A stretch of DNA of 64,000 bases from an uncultured virus (IMG/VR IMGVR_UViG_3300049913_000012) (taxonomy: Duplodnaviria; Heunggongvirae; Uroviricota; Caudoviricetes). The notes under the pieces are model-generated. The model was given only the letters and a program-made list of their open reading frames with translations. It searched no databases and was not told the origin of the DNA. The position numbers and the translations under genes were made by a program. The DNA lies in the IMG/VR virus record IMGVR_UViG_3300049913_000012; one strand, written 5' to 3'. This document shows, piece after piece, positions 1 through 9,071 of the stretch (positions are counted from its first letter, which is position 1; every line of letters begins with the position of its first letter).

Positions 1-213
1 GACCCACCTATAATAATTGTTATCGTAGTTAGATTTAGTCATGTCGAACTCAGCTACGATCAATCTGCCAAACTCAGTATCTTTGATATACACGAGCATG
101 TTGAAGCCACGTTTTCTATCTTGTTCACGATTAGCTACATATCCGTCCTTGATGAGAATTTTATGTAGTTTTTCAGGTGTGACAATTTCCCTACTCAAGT
201 CATTACAGTCCAT
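1..213 (-). CDS. Hypothetical protein, truncated at window start
   Basis: ATG at 213 preceded by GGAGG; frame open to the window edge (MDCNDLSREIVTPEKLHK...). Confidence 0.55.
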   Translation of the reverse strand, partial: MDCNDLSREIVTPEKLHKILIKDGYVANREQDRKRGFNMLVYIKDTEFGRLIVAEFDMTKSNYDNNYYRWV

Positions 214-221
214 ATTGCCTC

Positions 222-431
222 CTAATCTACTGGTAGCATTTCTGCTTGAAGACTGGCATCATAGGATATTCTCAGGCCTTGTACAAATTCTGAACCCCAC
301 ATACATAGCCAGTTATGTGCAAGCAGAGCAGCATAGACCTTCTTGCCTATTTCTGGTGTCGCTGGATGGTAAGGTTTGACAATATGCCTATCTTTGAAGC
401 TTATCATGATATAATCATTTTCACGCTCCAT
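222..431 (-). CDS. Hypothetical protein
   Basis: 69-aa ORF with AAGGAGG RBS upstream. Confidence 0.6.
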   Translation of the reverse strand: MERENDYIMISFKDRHIVKPYHPATPEIGKKVYAALLAHNWLCMWGSEFVQGLRISYDASLQAEMLPVD

Positions 432-512
432 TTTGACCTCCTTAGCTAAAATATGGCTCCTCTCGCATGCGAGAAGGGCATTGACTTGATATGACTCACT
501 TGCAAAGCACTT

Positions 513-758
513 TCACTTGAGATTTCGAGGGACTCCTGGCTCACGTTTATAGTATACAGCACCAGTCCATTCACCCTCTTTGCCATCCCACACAAGCTGA
601 ACTCCGCTGATCTCTCTATCCCAAAGCGTAACAAGCAAAGGCCTCATTAGCTCAAAGACATCAGTGAGCGTGCCTTCAAAGACAGCTTTAGTAAGTTGCT
701 CAGTCATGATAATGTGGGAGTCAACAAACGTTCTTATCTCAGTTGGTTGCAGTGTCAT
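513..758 (-). CDS. Hypothetical protein
   Basis: 81-aa ORF with AAGGAGG RBS inside the end of the NADAR gene. Confidence 0.6.
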   Translation of the reverse strand: MTLQPTEIRTFVDSHIIMTEQLTKAVFEGTLTDVFELMRPLLVTLWDREISGVQLVWDGKEGEWTGAVYYKREPGVPRNLK

Positions 759-1224
759 TATCCACCTCCTTTCTTAGCAATGTCCTCACATTTCCTAATA
801 TCAGCCCTAGCATGTTCTGACCCTGGTTTCTGTGCTTGGGGCATTTGCACACACCCCAGAACATATCATGGAAGATGTTATATTCAATCAAAGCCATGTT
901 ATCTGTGTGTAGTAGCATTCTAGCTAATTCAGGATTTTGCCTAAACTTAGCCAGGACTACCAGAGCCATTACTTTTAGTTTGATGTCATCCCAATCATAG
1001 CGAACTTCACCAAACTTATTCTTCCAATATCGCTTGGCCTGACCAGGAGTAGCCAAACTAGCAATGTGCAGCCTCTTGCTTATATCTACAGTTTTATAAG
1101 CTTGGTAGGCATGTTCGGAACTATGATACACAATGCCCTGAAGCTGGATCACTGCTGGATAAAAGTTACTCAAGAAGCGATATTCATCCTGAAAGCCTTT
1201 AGCTGTTTCTCTTGGTGAAGGCAT
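739..1224 (-). CDS. NADAR family (YbiA/RibX-like) N-glycosidase / ADP-ribosyl hydrolase
   Basis: FLSNFYP...SSEHAYQAYK...AKFRQNPEL...D.FWG...GQNMLG motifs typical of NADAR. Confidence 0.9.
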   Translation of the reverse strand: MPSPRETAKGFQDEYRFLSNFYPAVIQLQGIVYHSSEHAYQAYKTVDISKRLHIASLATPGQAKRYWKNKFGEVRYDWDDIKLKVMALVVLAKFRQNPELARMLLHTDNMALIEYNIFHDMFWGVCKCPKHRNQGQNMLGLILGNVRTLLRKEVDNDTATN

Positions 1225-1225
1225 A

Positions 1226-1522
1226 TTACCTCCCTATGACTTTAGCTTGGTCGAGTGGTATGACTCTTTGCTCATTGGGTGCTTTGTTTACATCAGTGGC
1301 AAGGACATAGCCATTATCTTTCTTGACTACACTATACTCTTCGCTTTCTGAGTAGAATGCAGGCACATGACCATTGTTCCTTGTGATACGGACTTTCACA
1401 TGCTCTTTATGGAATAGGCTCATAGAATCCTCCTTTCTATTTGGGATTTGGAAGCGATCTACTAAGACAATCACTATCATTTCGGCTAAGATAATCAATA
1501 GGGGAACTAGGTAATCACTCAT
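1226..1522 (-). CDS. Hypothetical protein with N-terminal TM helix; second in-frame start at 1423
   Basis: AGAAAGGAG RBS before both ATG 1522 (MSDYLVPLLIILAE) and ATG 1423 (MSLFHKE). Confidence 0.55.
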   Translation of the reverse strand: MSDYLVPLLIILAEMIVIVLVDRFQIPNRKEDSMSLFHKEHVKVRITRNNGHVPAFYSESEEYSVVKKDNGYVLATDVNKAPNEQRVIPLDQAKVIGR

Positions 1523-1879
1523 AGATGCTCCTTTCTGTATAGGATAGTAGATATGTAGATAGGGAATGTAAGTATTCATGTGCGAGAAGTTTACGGATGG
1601 ATATGATTTACTTACACATTCTCGCATGATAGCGAAATGACAGATAATAGCGGTGGGAGGCGTAGGCTAGCCTCCCTATATTCCCTTAGAGGGTTGACTT
1701 ACGGGTTATTCAAAGTTTCATTAGAACGCACTCCTTTCTAGAGAGCAGTGTGACCTTCACTTACTACTCTGGTGTCCACTCAAATTGCACGCTGGCGTCA
1801 ATATAGGCGCAAGCGACAAATGAGTCGCAGTTGACAATAGTATTCTCAATCCCCTCTTGTTAGTCTACCTTGATAAACT

Positions 1880-1920
1880 AACAAGAAGGGGGGAGCACCC
1901 CACTGGTAGAGTGCTCCCCA
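1880..1920 (-). terminator. Intrinsic terminator after the 327-aa gene
   Basis: GGGGAGCAC/GTGCTCCCC stem followed on the minus strand by TTCTTGTT. Confidence 0.6.
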
Positions 1921-1939
1921 GAAATACGTGTGTTACTGA

Positions 1940-2923
1940 TTACTTCTTGGACTTGCCTTTAGTTTCAGGTGTTGCCTTGCCTGGAGTGCGGATCGAAAAC
2001 TTGAAAGCACCAGGGGCATTGGCAATCGCCTTCAGACTGATATTAGGAGCAGAAGACTTCTCAGGCTCCTCAGGATTGAAAGTGCGTACCACTGGAATCG
2101 TAGAGGACAGAGTTGTGTACTCTACATCTACAGGTTCGAGTGCCGCTGAAAGTTCAGCAAGGATTTCAGCACGATCACCCTTGACAGTCTCGATGAATGC
2201 TGGCTGAGTAGGTACTGGATTAGCAATATCGTCAGCAGCATCGGCAGCAGACCAACGAGCAATCTGTGCAGCATGATATTCACTGTAAGGAGCCTCAAAA
2301 TACTTCTTGATGTTATTCTCATAGTGAGCAACATCTGCATCTGTTCGCAGGATTATGGTATAGCAATATCCATTCTCTAGGCAGTTTAGTAATCTGTCTA
2401 GTTCAAGATGCTTGCGTACCATTCGCATAAGCTTGTTCATCAGGTTGCTATAAATCTTAGGGTTCTTGTCCTGATACAGCTTGGCGATCCTATTAGGATT
2501 GTTCAATAGTGAGGGACTGAATGCACCATTCTTCCAATTGAAGAACGCAAAATGTGCAGTAGTAACATCGTAAACTACACGTACATCCCTCTCGTCTTTA
2601 CGTGGATCAAACAGTGCTTCATGAAAGTGCCATTTGGGTTTGTCATATTTAGGCAAATCAGAAAGGGCATTCAAGGCAGGGATTGAATATACAGCAATAT
2701 TGTTTACGCCATTTGGATTACCAATAGTTAGCATTCTATAGTTGCCTACAGAAACGCCTTCTGTTACATTAAGTGGCGCAACATTCCAATATTCTGCAAA
2801 TGTCTTGACTTTCATCTGTTCTTGCCACGCTAGATAACGAGTGACTTTTGAATCAATCCATTCACGATTATCCTGCGTCTTGTTAGTCTTGGCAGCTTGC
2901 ACATTGTTGGTTGTTATATTCAT
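1940..2923 (-). CDS. Hypothetical protein (327 aa)
   Basis: Long ORF with AAGGAG RBS; no motif recognised. Confidence 0.8.
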   Translation of the reverse strand: MNITTNNVQAAKTNKTQDNREWIDSKVTRYLAWQEQMKVKTFAEYWNVAPLNVTEGVSVGNYRMLTIGNPNGVNNIAVYSIPALNALSDLPKYDKPKWHFHEALFDPRKDERDVRVVYDVTTAHFAFFNWKNGAFSPSLLNNPNRIAKLYQDKNPKIYSNLMNKLMRMVRKHLELDRLLNCLENGYCYTIILRTDADVAHYENNIKKYFEAPYSEYHAAQIARWSAADAADDIANPVPTQPAFIETVKGDRAEILAELSAALEPVDVEYTTLSSTIPVVRTFNPEEPEKSSAPNISLKAIANAPGAFKFSIRTPGKATPETKGKSKK

Positions 2924-3326
2924 ATGTTTCTCCTTGTGTTATGTGGTCGAGTAAGAATTGTTTCAATGAAGATTCTTCCATTGAATTGATTAAGTCATGT
3001 ACCCAAGAATCTGGGTGGAATTGTAGTAGCAGCTTTCCTAGCTGCACACGATTGTTGTGCGCTACTATCTCTGCATCTACCTTGATTAGGATGTCCTCAA
3101 GTTTTTCAGTTAGTAACTCAATATCTTGAGGATCAATAGCAGGGTCATTGCTTGCTAACATCAGAAGCTCTACCAGTGCCTTACCTTCTAAGTCTCTAGG
3201 CGAATCATCTGCTAACATCTTTCTTGCTTTATGTAGTATGTTTTTTGTATATTGGTTGATACTACTGCTCCTTTCTGTAGAACAATAAGTTCTACTAGAC
3301 TGCCTGTAATAGATTACAAACAGCAT
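2883..3326 (-). CDS. Hypothetical protein, start uncertain
   Basis: ORF in the leftward cassette; strong RBS at about 3270 lacks a nearby ATG. Confidence 0.55.
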   Translation of the reverse strand: MLFVIYYRQSSRTYCSTERSSSINQYTKNILHKARKMLADDSPRDLEGKALVELLMLASNDPAIDPQDIELLTEKLEDILIKVDAEIVAHNNRVQLGKLLLQFHPDSWVHDLINSMEESSLKQFLLDHITQGETYEYNNQQCASCQD

Positions 3327-3489
3327 TACAGGCAGGGTTAGTAAAGCCTATTTGTCTTGTTTATATTCTTTGGAATCAGAACGTTTAGTAACAACGCCTT
3401 CTTTGTACATTTTAGAAAGCGTTTTATTCTGTTTCCTATTTCTGTTCTTGTGCTTTACTTTATACTTTAGCTTTAGCATGGTTATCTCC

Positions 3490-3696
3490 CTAAACAAAAA
3501 TACGAATTGAGTCGTTGCCTTTGTCAAGGCTGTTCCAAAGGATTGGCTTTAGGCTTTCATTTAGTAATCTATACAAAGCACGTAGTTTGCTTAGATCACG
3601 ATGCTGAGCCATTACTACAAAATAGTTGCCTTGCATATGCCAATCGAATGGTGTTATAGGCAGAATTGCTTTTAGCTGTTCTAATGTCTTTATCAT
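3490..3696 (-). CDS. Hypothetical protein
   Basis: AGAAAGGAG RBS then ATG 3696 (MIKTLEQLK...). Confidence 0.6.
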   Translation of the reverse strand: MIKTLEQLKAILPITPFDWHMQGNYFVVMAQHRDLSKLRALYRLLNESLKPILWNSLDKGNDSIRIFV

Positions 3697-3787
3697 TAGT
3701 CTTGTCTCCTTTCTTTTAGATTCTGCATGATTGAATGCAGTAGTCAATCTGCTGCCCCTTACAGTAGATTGACCGTACTATATTCAA

Positions 3788-3958
3788 TTATTTGGTAAAG
3801 AAGTTGAAGCTATGTGATAGTGATGATTTACTATCAATGCGTTTGTGTACTTGGATACCACGATAGATAGATACCCAAACTTTGCCTAAGATCAAACCAT
3901 GTCGCCATACTTTGAAGTTAGTCTTTTGCATGCGTACACTATCAACAGTTGTTTTCAT
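3788..3958 (-). CDS. Small hypothetical protein
   Basis: AAAGGAG RBS, MKTTVDSVRMQK...; below the ORF-track size cutoff. Confidence 0.45.
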   Translation of the reverse strand: MKTTVDSVRMQKTNFKVWRHGLILGKVWVSIYRGIQVHKRIDSKSSLSHSFNFFTK

Positions 3959-3991
3959 TACCTTGCTCCTTTTATAGAACGGTGTATATGT

Positions 3992-4162
3992 TTAGTGCAT
4001 TAGGATCACGATGATTAGGATAGCTACGAATAGAAGGGCTATGCCTGAAATCTGTGCAATATCAGCGTTATAGTTCTTATGCACAATGGGCTGCTCTACT
4101 ATTGAATGCCATCCGTCTTGCTTGAAGATCGCCTTGCCACTAGGTTGCATTCTTGCCTTCAT
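3992..4162 (-). CDS. Small protein with C-terminal TM helix
   Basis: GAAAGGAGGTG RBS, MKARMQPSG...GIALLFVAILIIVILMH. Confidence 0.55.
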   Translation of the reverse strand: MKARMQPSGKAIFKQDGWHSIVEQPIVHKNYNADIAQISGIALLFVAILIIVILMH

Positions 4163-4421
4163 TTATCTCACCTCCTTTCGGGTATAGGATAGGGGAGGGG
4201 GTAGGGGGCCTCCCCTCCCCCCGCCTCCCCTTGAGTATGTCCAAGGGTCTAGAATAAATTATTTATATACCCCCATGTTCACTTTCTCTCTCTCTCATCC
4301 CCCTTCAGTATCTAAATACACATCGGCATGTTATAAGAGCTCGAAATGGCTTACATTGTTGTATAATAGTAGATGCCCCTAGATGTAAACGTAGATTAGA
4401 TAATATAGGAAGGAGAATCGC

Positions 4422-4628
4422 ATGACTGTTCCCGCTGGTAGAGTTACGCAGGAGAGCAATCCTGATGTTTGGCAAGGTTTATATAATCAATGGTTGGAAG
4501 AGCGTAAACCTGGATGGGTAACACGAAGATCAGGTGCTGATTCCTGGCTTGTGGTGCAACTCGTTGATGGCTCCATCGCCTTTGACCCACAGACCAATAA
4601 GAACCTCTATGAAGACACTAGTTTCTAA
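4422..4628 (+). CDS. Hypothetical protein, first gene of the rightward operon
   Basis: AAGGAG RBS; TATAAT about 60 nt upstream. Confidence 0.55.
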   Translation: MTVPAGRVTQESNPDVWQGLYNQWLEERKPGWVTRRSGADSWLVVQLVDGSIAFDPQTNKNLYEDTSF

Positions 4629-4872
4629 AGATAGGAGCAGTGTCTTTTTCAAGACTAAAGATCAAGAAGAAACCATTATGCTCATCTCTTATAGGTTAGA
4701 GATAGCACAGACCGAAAGAGTGGGAAGACGTGTCATTTTCTTCTTTGATCGGGAGAGAGCCACTCCATACATGAATATGTGGAAATCCAATACACCCATG
4801 CCAGTATCCGATATACGTGACGTGCTTCGGGCTTATCGACTATTCAATCAGGTTGTACACGGAGAGGTATAG
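4609..4872 (+). CDS. Small phage protein upstream of terminase (DUF5659-like)
   Basis: ATG 4609; L..YRL.I...ERVGRRVIFFF pattern; position before TerL. Confidence 0.5.
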   Translation: MKTLVSKDRSSVFFKTKDQEETIMLISYRLEIAQTERVGRRVIFFFDRERATPYMNMWKSNTPMPVSDIRDVLRAYRLFNQVVHGEV

Positions 4873-4877
4873 ATATA

Positions 4878-6623
4878 GTGTCAGGGAAACCGATCTATGA
4901 ATTGTCGGAATTTGAAATTTCATTGCTTAAGTCTGGTATCGAGGATCCCGATGCGATAACAGATTACTTCTTTCGCCAGAAGGGGGCAAAGAATGGCTGG
5001 AAATTAGACGAGAACTTTGATCCAGAAGGTAAGTGGCAAAGAAACGTTCATCGTGCTTCCCAAAAACGAATTGTCGTCATTGGTGGCTTTGGTTCTGGTA
5101 AGACAAAAGGTATAGCTCTTAGTGCCTGTGTGTGGGCTTTGTTGACTAAAGACTTTACCTTCATGAATTGTGCTCCTGCATCCTGGCAGTCTGAGCTCAT
5201 GTACAAATTCGTCACAGAAACCCTAGCCAGGGATACCGTCTTTGAGAAGATGATTTTCTCCAAACCGAAACGTCCTTACCCAATGGTGGATATTCGTTTC
5301 AGAGTTCGAGGACAACTAATTCGGGCTACACTGGAGTTTATGTCGGTTGACAAGAATGCTAAGGCTATTCTGTCCTGGGAAGGTGATTGGGTCAATATTG
5401 ACGAGGCTGGTCTGATTGATGATCTTGGTGGCACAATAATCAATCTTGGTTCTCGCATGCGAGGGCATATCAACGGAAGACCTTTCCTAGGCAGAATGTC
5501 CATGTGCTCAAACTCATGGGATAACCCTGAACTCTGGTATCGTTATGACTTAGCTCACGATCTACCCGATGATTATCTCTCGATGGCGATCTCCAGTCGC
5601 TATAATCACAACATTACTCCAGAACAATTGAAGAACATGCTGAAGGATATTCCAGAAGAAGAGCATGATCGCTTTATAGATGCTGCTAGACCTGAAGGAC
5701 GTGGTAATTACTTTTCTAAGTCTAAGATTTATCTAGCTGAGGATGATGCTTATAGCCAATTCTTACTTGGACATCTTGAGGCTGGCGCTAAGGGTTTTGC
5801 TGCTGAGACGACTTATGGTTGTGGAGTGACCTACTTTGAGATACCCCATGCCGAGTATCATGAATATATGCTCATTGGCGATCCTGGTACTGGCGCTGCA
5901 CCTAATAGAAATGCTCCAGTTCTACAAGTTTGGGACATTCATGAGTTCCCAAAATACAAAGCTACCCTGGTTGCCTTCTTCTGGGGCGATGGAAAAGGCT
6001 CAATTACACCCTTTTATCGCACCTTGTTCCATTTTATGGTCAAATATAACCCTATAGTGACTGCTGTAGATAACACTGGCCCCCAAAAGAACACTTCCGA
6101 GATACTAAATAACTATATTTTGGCTTCTCGTATGGATAAAGACAAGATGTTTGAGTTTTTAGGCGAGAAAATCGACCTTTCTAGCGTCTATAATCCTGTA
6201 ATTCAGGGAATGGACTTCTCAGGAGGCAAGAAACCAGCCTATCTAATCGCTGGAAGGCTCATGTTAGAGGCTCAACTCTTCTCATGGCCTAAAATCATCA
6301 CAGGAATGAGGTCGCAACTGAGTAACTATGATCCTGACAAAGATTCTGGCAACGGCACGAAGATTCCTCAAGACCTTGTGGCAGCATATTGCATGTCGGG
6401 TTATGCTGTTCAAGTTTGGTTTCATATCGACCCTAGTCGGTTGGTACAGAAGCCAGAAGAAAAAGATGTTCAGAAAGCTGAAGAACTATTCGGAAGAGCA
6501 GTTAGATCACCTGTGGTTGCAAGAGAACAAAGGAATAGTGGTCGATCCCCATCGACCCATCCTAAGAAATATAAACAGGAACAACCGCAGCCTATCAGCG
6601 AGGCCAAAGAAGACAATATTTGA
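4878..6623 (+). CDS. terL: Terminase large subunit
   Basis: Walker A GGFGSGKT, Walker B WVNIDEAG, C-terminal RNase H-like nuclease acidic residues (IGDPG, VDNTG, QDLV). Confidence 0.92.
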   Translation: MSGKPIYELSEFEISLLKSGIEDPDAITDYFFRQKGAKNGWKLDENFDPEGKWQRNVHRASQKRIVVIGGFGSGKTKGIALSACVWALLTKDFTFMNCAPASWQSELMYKFVTETLARDTVFEKMIFSKPKRPYPMVDIRFRVRGQLIRATLEFMSVDKNAKAILSWEGDWVNIDEAGLIDDLGGTIINLGSRMRGHINGRPFLGRMSMCSNSWDNPELWYRYDLAHDLPDDYLSMAISSRYNHNITPEQLKNMLKDIPEEEHDRFIDAARPEGRGNYFSKSKIYLAEDDAYSQFLLGHLEAGAKGFAAETTYGCGVTYFEIPHAEYHEYMLIGDPGTGAAPNRNAPVLQVWDIHEFPKYKATLVAFFWGDGKGSITPFYRTLFHFMVKYNPIVTAVDNTGPQKNTSEILNNYILASRMDKDKMFEFLGEKIDLSSVYNPVIQGMDFSGGKKPAYLIAGRLMLEAQLFSWPKIITGMRSQLSNYDPDKDSGNGTKIPQDLVAAYCMSGYAVQVWFHIDPSRLVQKPEEKDVQKAEELFGRAVRSPVVAREQRNSGRSPSTHPKKYKQEQPQPISEAKEDNI

Positions 6624-6726
6624 TTAGTTTAGCATTAGTATTTCTCGCACAATGTAGTAAAATATAGTAGTACTATTTCACTAAGCACCACCAAAGAGTA
6701 GATTAGATGTAAAGTGTAGCACAACC

Positions 6727-8397
6727 ATGACGGTTGCGCTTTTCTTACGTCAGTCTGCTCTTTTTGTGTTTAGGAGGACAATGCTCACCAGTCCAAGACT
6801 TCATCCCTTCATGGAAACGCTCGAAAACGTTGAAACTCCTGCTTTCAACCTTCAGAGTATTCCAGGTTTCCCTTATGATGAGTTCAATCATCGTCTATCG
6901 GTCTATACAGAAGCAGAGAATTGGTATTCTGGCAAAGTCCTTGATGATATGAAGATGATCCAGGGTGAAGAGGTCGAGGTTTACCCTGTCAAGATCAACC
7001 CGATCAAAACCGCAGTCCAGAAACACGTATTTGCTCTGTTTGGTGAGGTCGGGGACGATGATAAACCACTGGTATCAGCTAAGTTCATCTCTCATGATGA
7101 TACAGAAAAGAAATTGGCTGAAGAAGCCGAAGATGTACTCAATCAGATATGGTACGAAAGTAATGGCAGGGCTATCCAGTGGCAGAATGGTGCTCTTTCG
7201 CAGATTTATGGGGGTTGTATCTTCAGAATCGCTTATGATCCATTTGATAAACTAAAAACTTATCCAATCCGTATTGAAAATCCACACCCAAAGTACTTTG
7301 TAGGTATCCCATCAGCAAATGACATCTATCGTCTCAAAGAAGCATGGCTGGTCAAACCGATTTCTCCCAATGAAGCTACGGAAAATGGTTATCCAGGTGA
7401 CACACAATCGCCTTATACACTTTGGTTGATAGAGCACTTCACGGATGGCAACTACGAGGCCTGGGTAAATGACAAACCAGTCAAACGATACGCTGATGGT
7501 AGATGGCAGGACATCACAGGCCCCAATAAGTTTGGCTTTGTAGGTGTAATCTATATTCCGCACATTAGAATTACTGGTTTCTATGGCGAGAATATGTTTG
7601 ACAATACTAAAGGTATCATCAAAGAACTAAATTTGCGTGTGGCTGACTATGGAGATGCTGTAAGTGCCGATTCTCATGCGTATTTAGGCATGAGCAATGT
7701 CCAGGGTGCTCCAGATGTCATCCAGATCGCTCCAGGGCTCAACGCAGTCAATGTAGGTAACTCTCTTGGCTTTACCAATAATCAAGGTGAACCTAAGTTA
7801 TGGGATTTGAACAAAGCAAGAGCTTCAGAGACAATGTTGAAACTTGTAGAGATGCTCTATGAGCAATTTAGGCGAGATGCCTATGTTCCTAAAGTTGCAG
7901 ATGGCGAAGACGAAGGTTCTCAACGCTCAGGACTAACTTTAGCGATGAGAATGCTCTCTTTGCTCTGGCACACACAGTCTGAACGTGTGTTTTGGACTGC
8001 GGGACTAAATTTACTGAACAGGATGCTTCTAAGAGTATGTATAGAGGCAGTTCCTGAGTCGGGAATGACAATTCAACACGCTGCACTCCGTTCTAAGCTG
8101 GATTGGTCGCCAGTTCTACCTAGAGATCGAGAAATGCTCATAAATGAGGTTGTACAGCGCATGAATGCTCAAATTACCTCTCCAGACACCCTTTTCGGCA
8201 TTTTAGGCGACATTCCAGATAATGATGAAGAGAAAAAGGGCATTATCGACTTCGCAAAGCAATTAGCAGAGGCGATGGCTCAAGCGAACCCTATGTTCGG
8301 TGGCCCAGGCAATAAACCGCCAGGGAAACCCATTGCAAAGGGTACTGTGAGCAATTCCTCCGCAAGTAAGTCAGATTCTAATCCTAAAGGACAGTAA
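6727..8397 (+). CDS. Portal protein (true start may be 6781 or 6811)
   Basis: Follows TerL; about 530 aa; SGLTLAMRM...W...LPRD motifs resemble SPP1 gp6-like portals. Confidence 0.85.
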   Translation: MTVALFLRQSALFVFRRTMLTSPRLHPFMETLENVETPAFNLQSIPGFPYDEFNHRLSVYTEAENWYSGKVLDDMKMIQGEEVEVYPVKINPIKTAVQKHVFALFGEVGDDDKPLVSAKFISHDDTEKKLAEEAEDVLNQIWYESNGRAIQWQNGALSQIYGGCIFRIAYDPFDKLKTYPIRIENPHPKYFVGIPSANDIYRLKEAWLVKPISPNEATENGYPGDTQSPYTLWLIEHFTDGNYEAWVNDKPVKRYADGRWQDITGPNKFGFVGVIYIPHIRITGFYGENMFDNTKGIIKELNLRVADYGDAVSADSHAYLGMSNVQGAPDVIQIAPGLNAVNVGNSLGFTNNQGEPKLWDLNKARASETMLKLVEMLYEQFRRDAYVPKVADGEDEGSQRSGLTLAMRMLSLLWHTQSERVFWTAGLNLLNRMLLRVCIEAVPESGMTIQHAALRSKLDWSPVLPRDREMLINEVVQRMNAQITSPDTLFGILGDIPDNDEEKKGIIDFAKQLAEAMAQANPMFGGPGNKPPGKPIAKGTVSNSSASKSDSNPKGQ

Positions 8398-8411
8398 AGG
8401 AGAAATTAGCA

Positions 8412-9056
8412 ATGACCGATCAACCAATCCCGCCTGTAGTGGCAAACGAGCCTGTAGTAACTCCTCCTGCGCCCGTTCCCGCTGCACAGCCTGAAGATTA
8501 CGAGAAACGGTTCAAAGGCTTACAGAAATTGTTCGATAAGCAACATTCTGAGCTTGAAAACTTGCAGAATGAGCATACAACTTCACTAGAAGGTCGTGAA
8601 GCTATCCTGCAAGCTCAGAAACAAGCTCAGACACAACTTGACCAAACCAAAGTCCAATTGACCGCCTTACAGACGGAAAAGGAGACTTTGGCTGCTCAAG
8701 TGAAGATTCACGAGACTCAGGCTTTACGATCTAAGCTGATTCTCTCGGATTATGTTGATCTTGCAGCTTTCGAGGCAAGAGGGCTACTGCCACAAGCTTC
8801 TACTGAAGAAGAGATGAAATCGAAGTTTACTGCCTTCAGAGAAGCTCTTGGAGCTACAGTATCACTCACTGTGACTCAGAAATTGCAGGGAGCTAGTCCA
8901 GCAGTTACTGGTGTGACTATACCCAATCCTGCACGTTCTAAAGAACAGGTCTATGCCGAATTGAATCGACTGGCTGGTTCACGCAAACCCGAAGATAGAG
9001 CTAAGAGAGATGAGCTTGTAGCCGAGTGGGATGCACTAAACAAACAAACAACCTAA
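8412..9056 (+). CDS. Capsid scaffolding protein
   Basis: Pro-rich N-terminus, DYEKRFKGLQ, long coiled coil; lies between portal and capsid. Confidence 0.75.
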   Translation: MTDQPIPPVVANEPVVTPPAPVPAAQPEDYEKRFKGLQKLFDKQHSELENLQNEHTTSLEGREAILQAQKQAQTQLDQTKVQLTALQTEKETLAAQVKIHETQALRSKLILSDYVDLAAFEARGLLPQASTEEEMKSKFTAFREALGATVSLTVTQKLQGASPAVTGVTIPNPARSKEQVYAELNRLAGSRKPEDRAKRDELVAEWDALNKQTT

Positions 9057-9071
9057 TTTTTGGAGGCTATC

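Noticed and set aside
446..634. 62-aa ORF
   Set aside because: Overlaps the better-supported 513-758 gene and lacks a clear RBS
1711..1740. Strong RBS followed by ATG-AAA-CTT-TGA
   Set aside because: Only three codons; cannot distinguish a decayed gene from a regulatory mini-ORF
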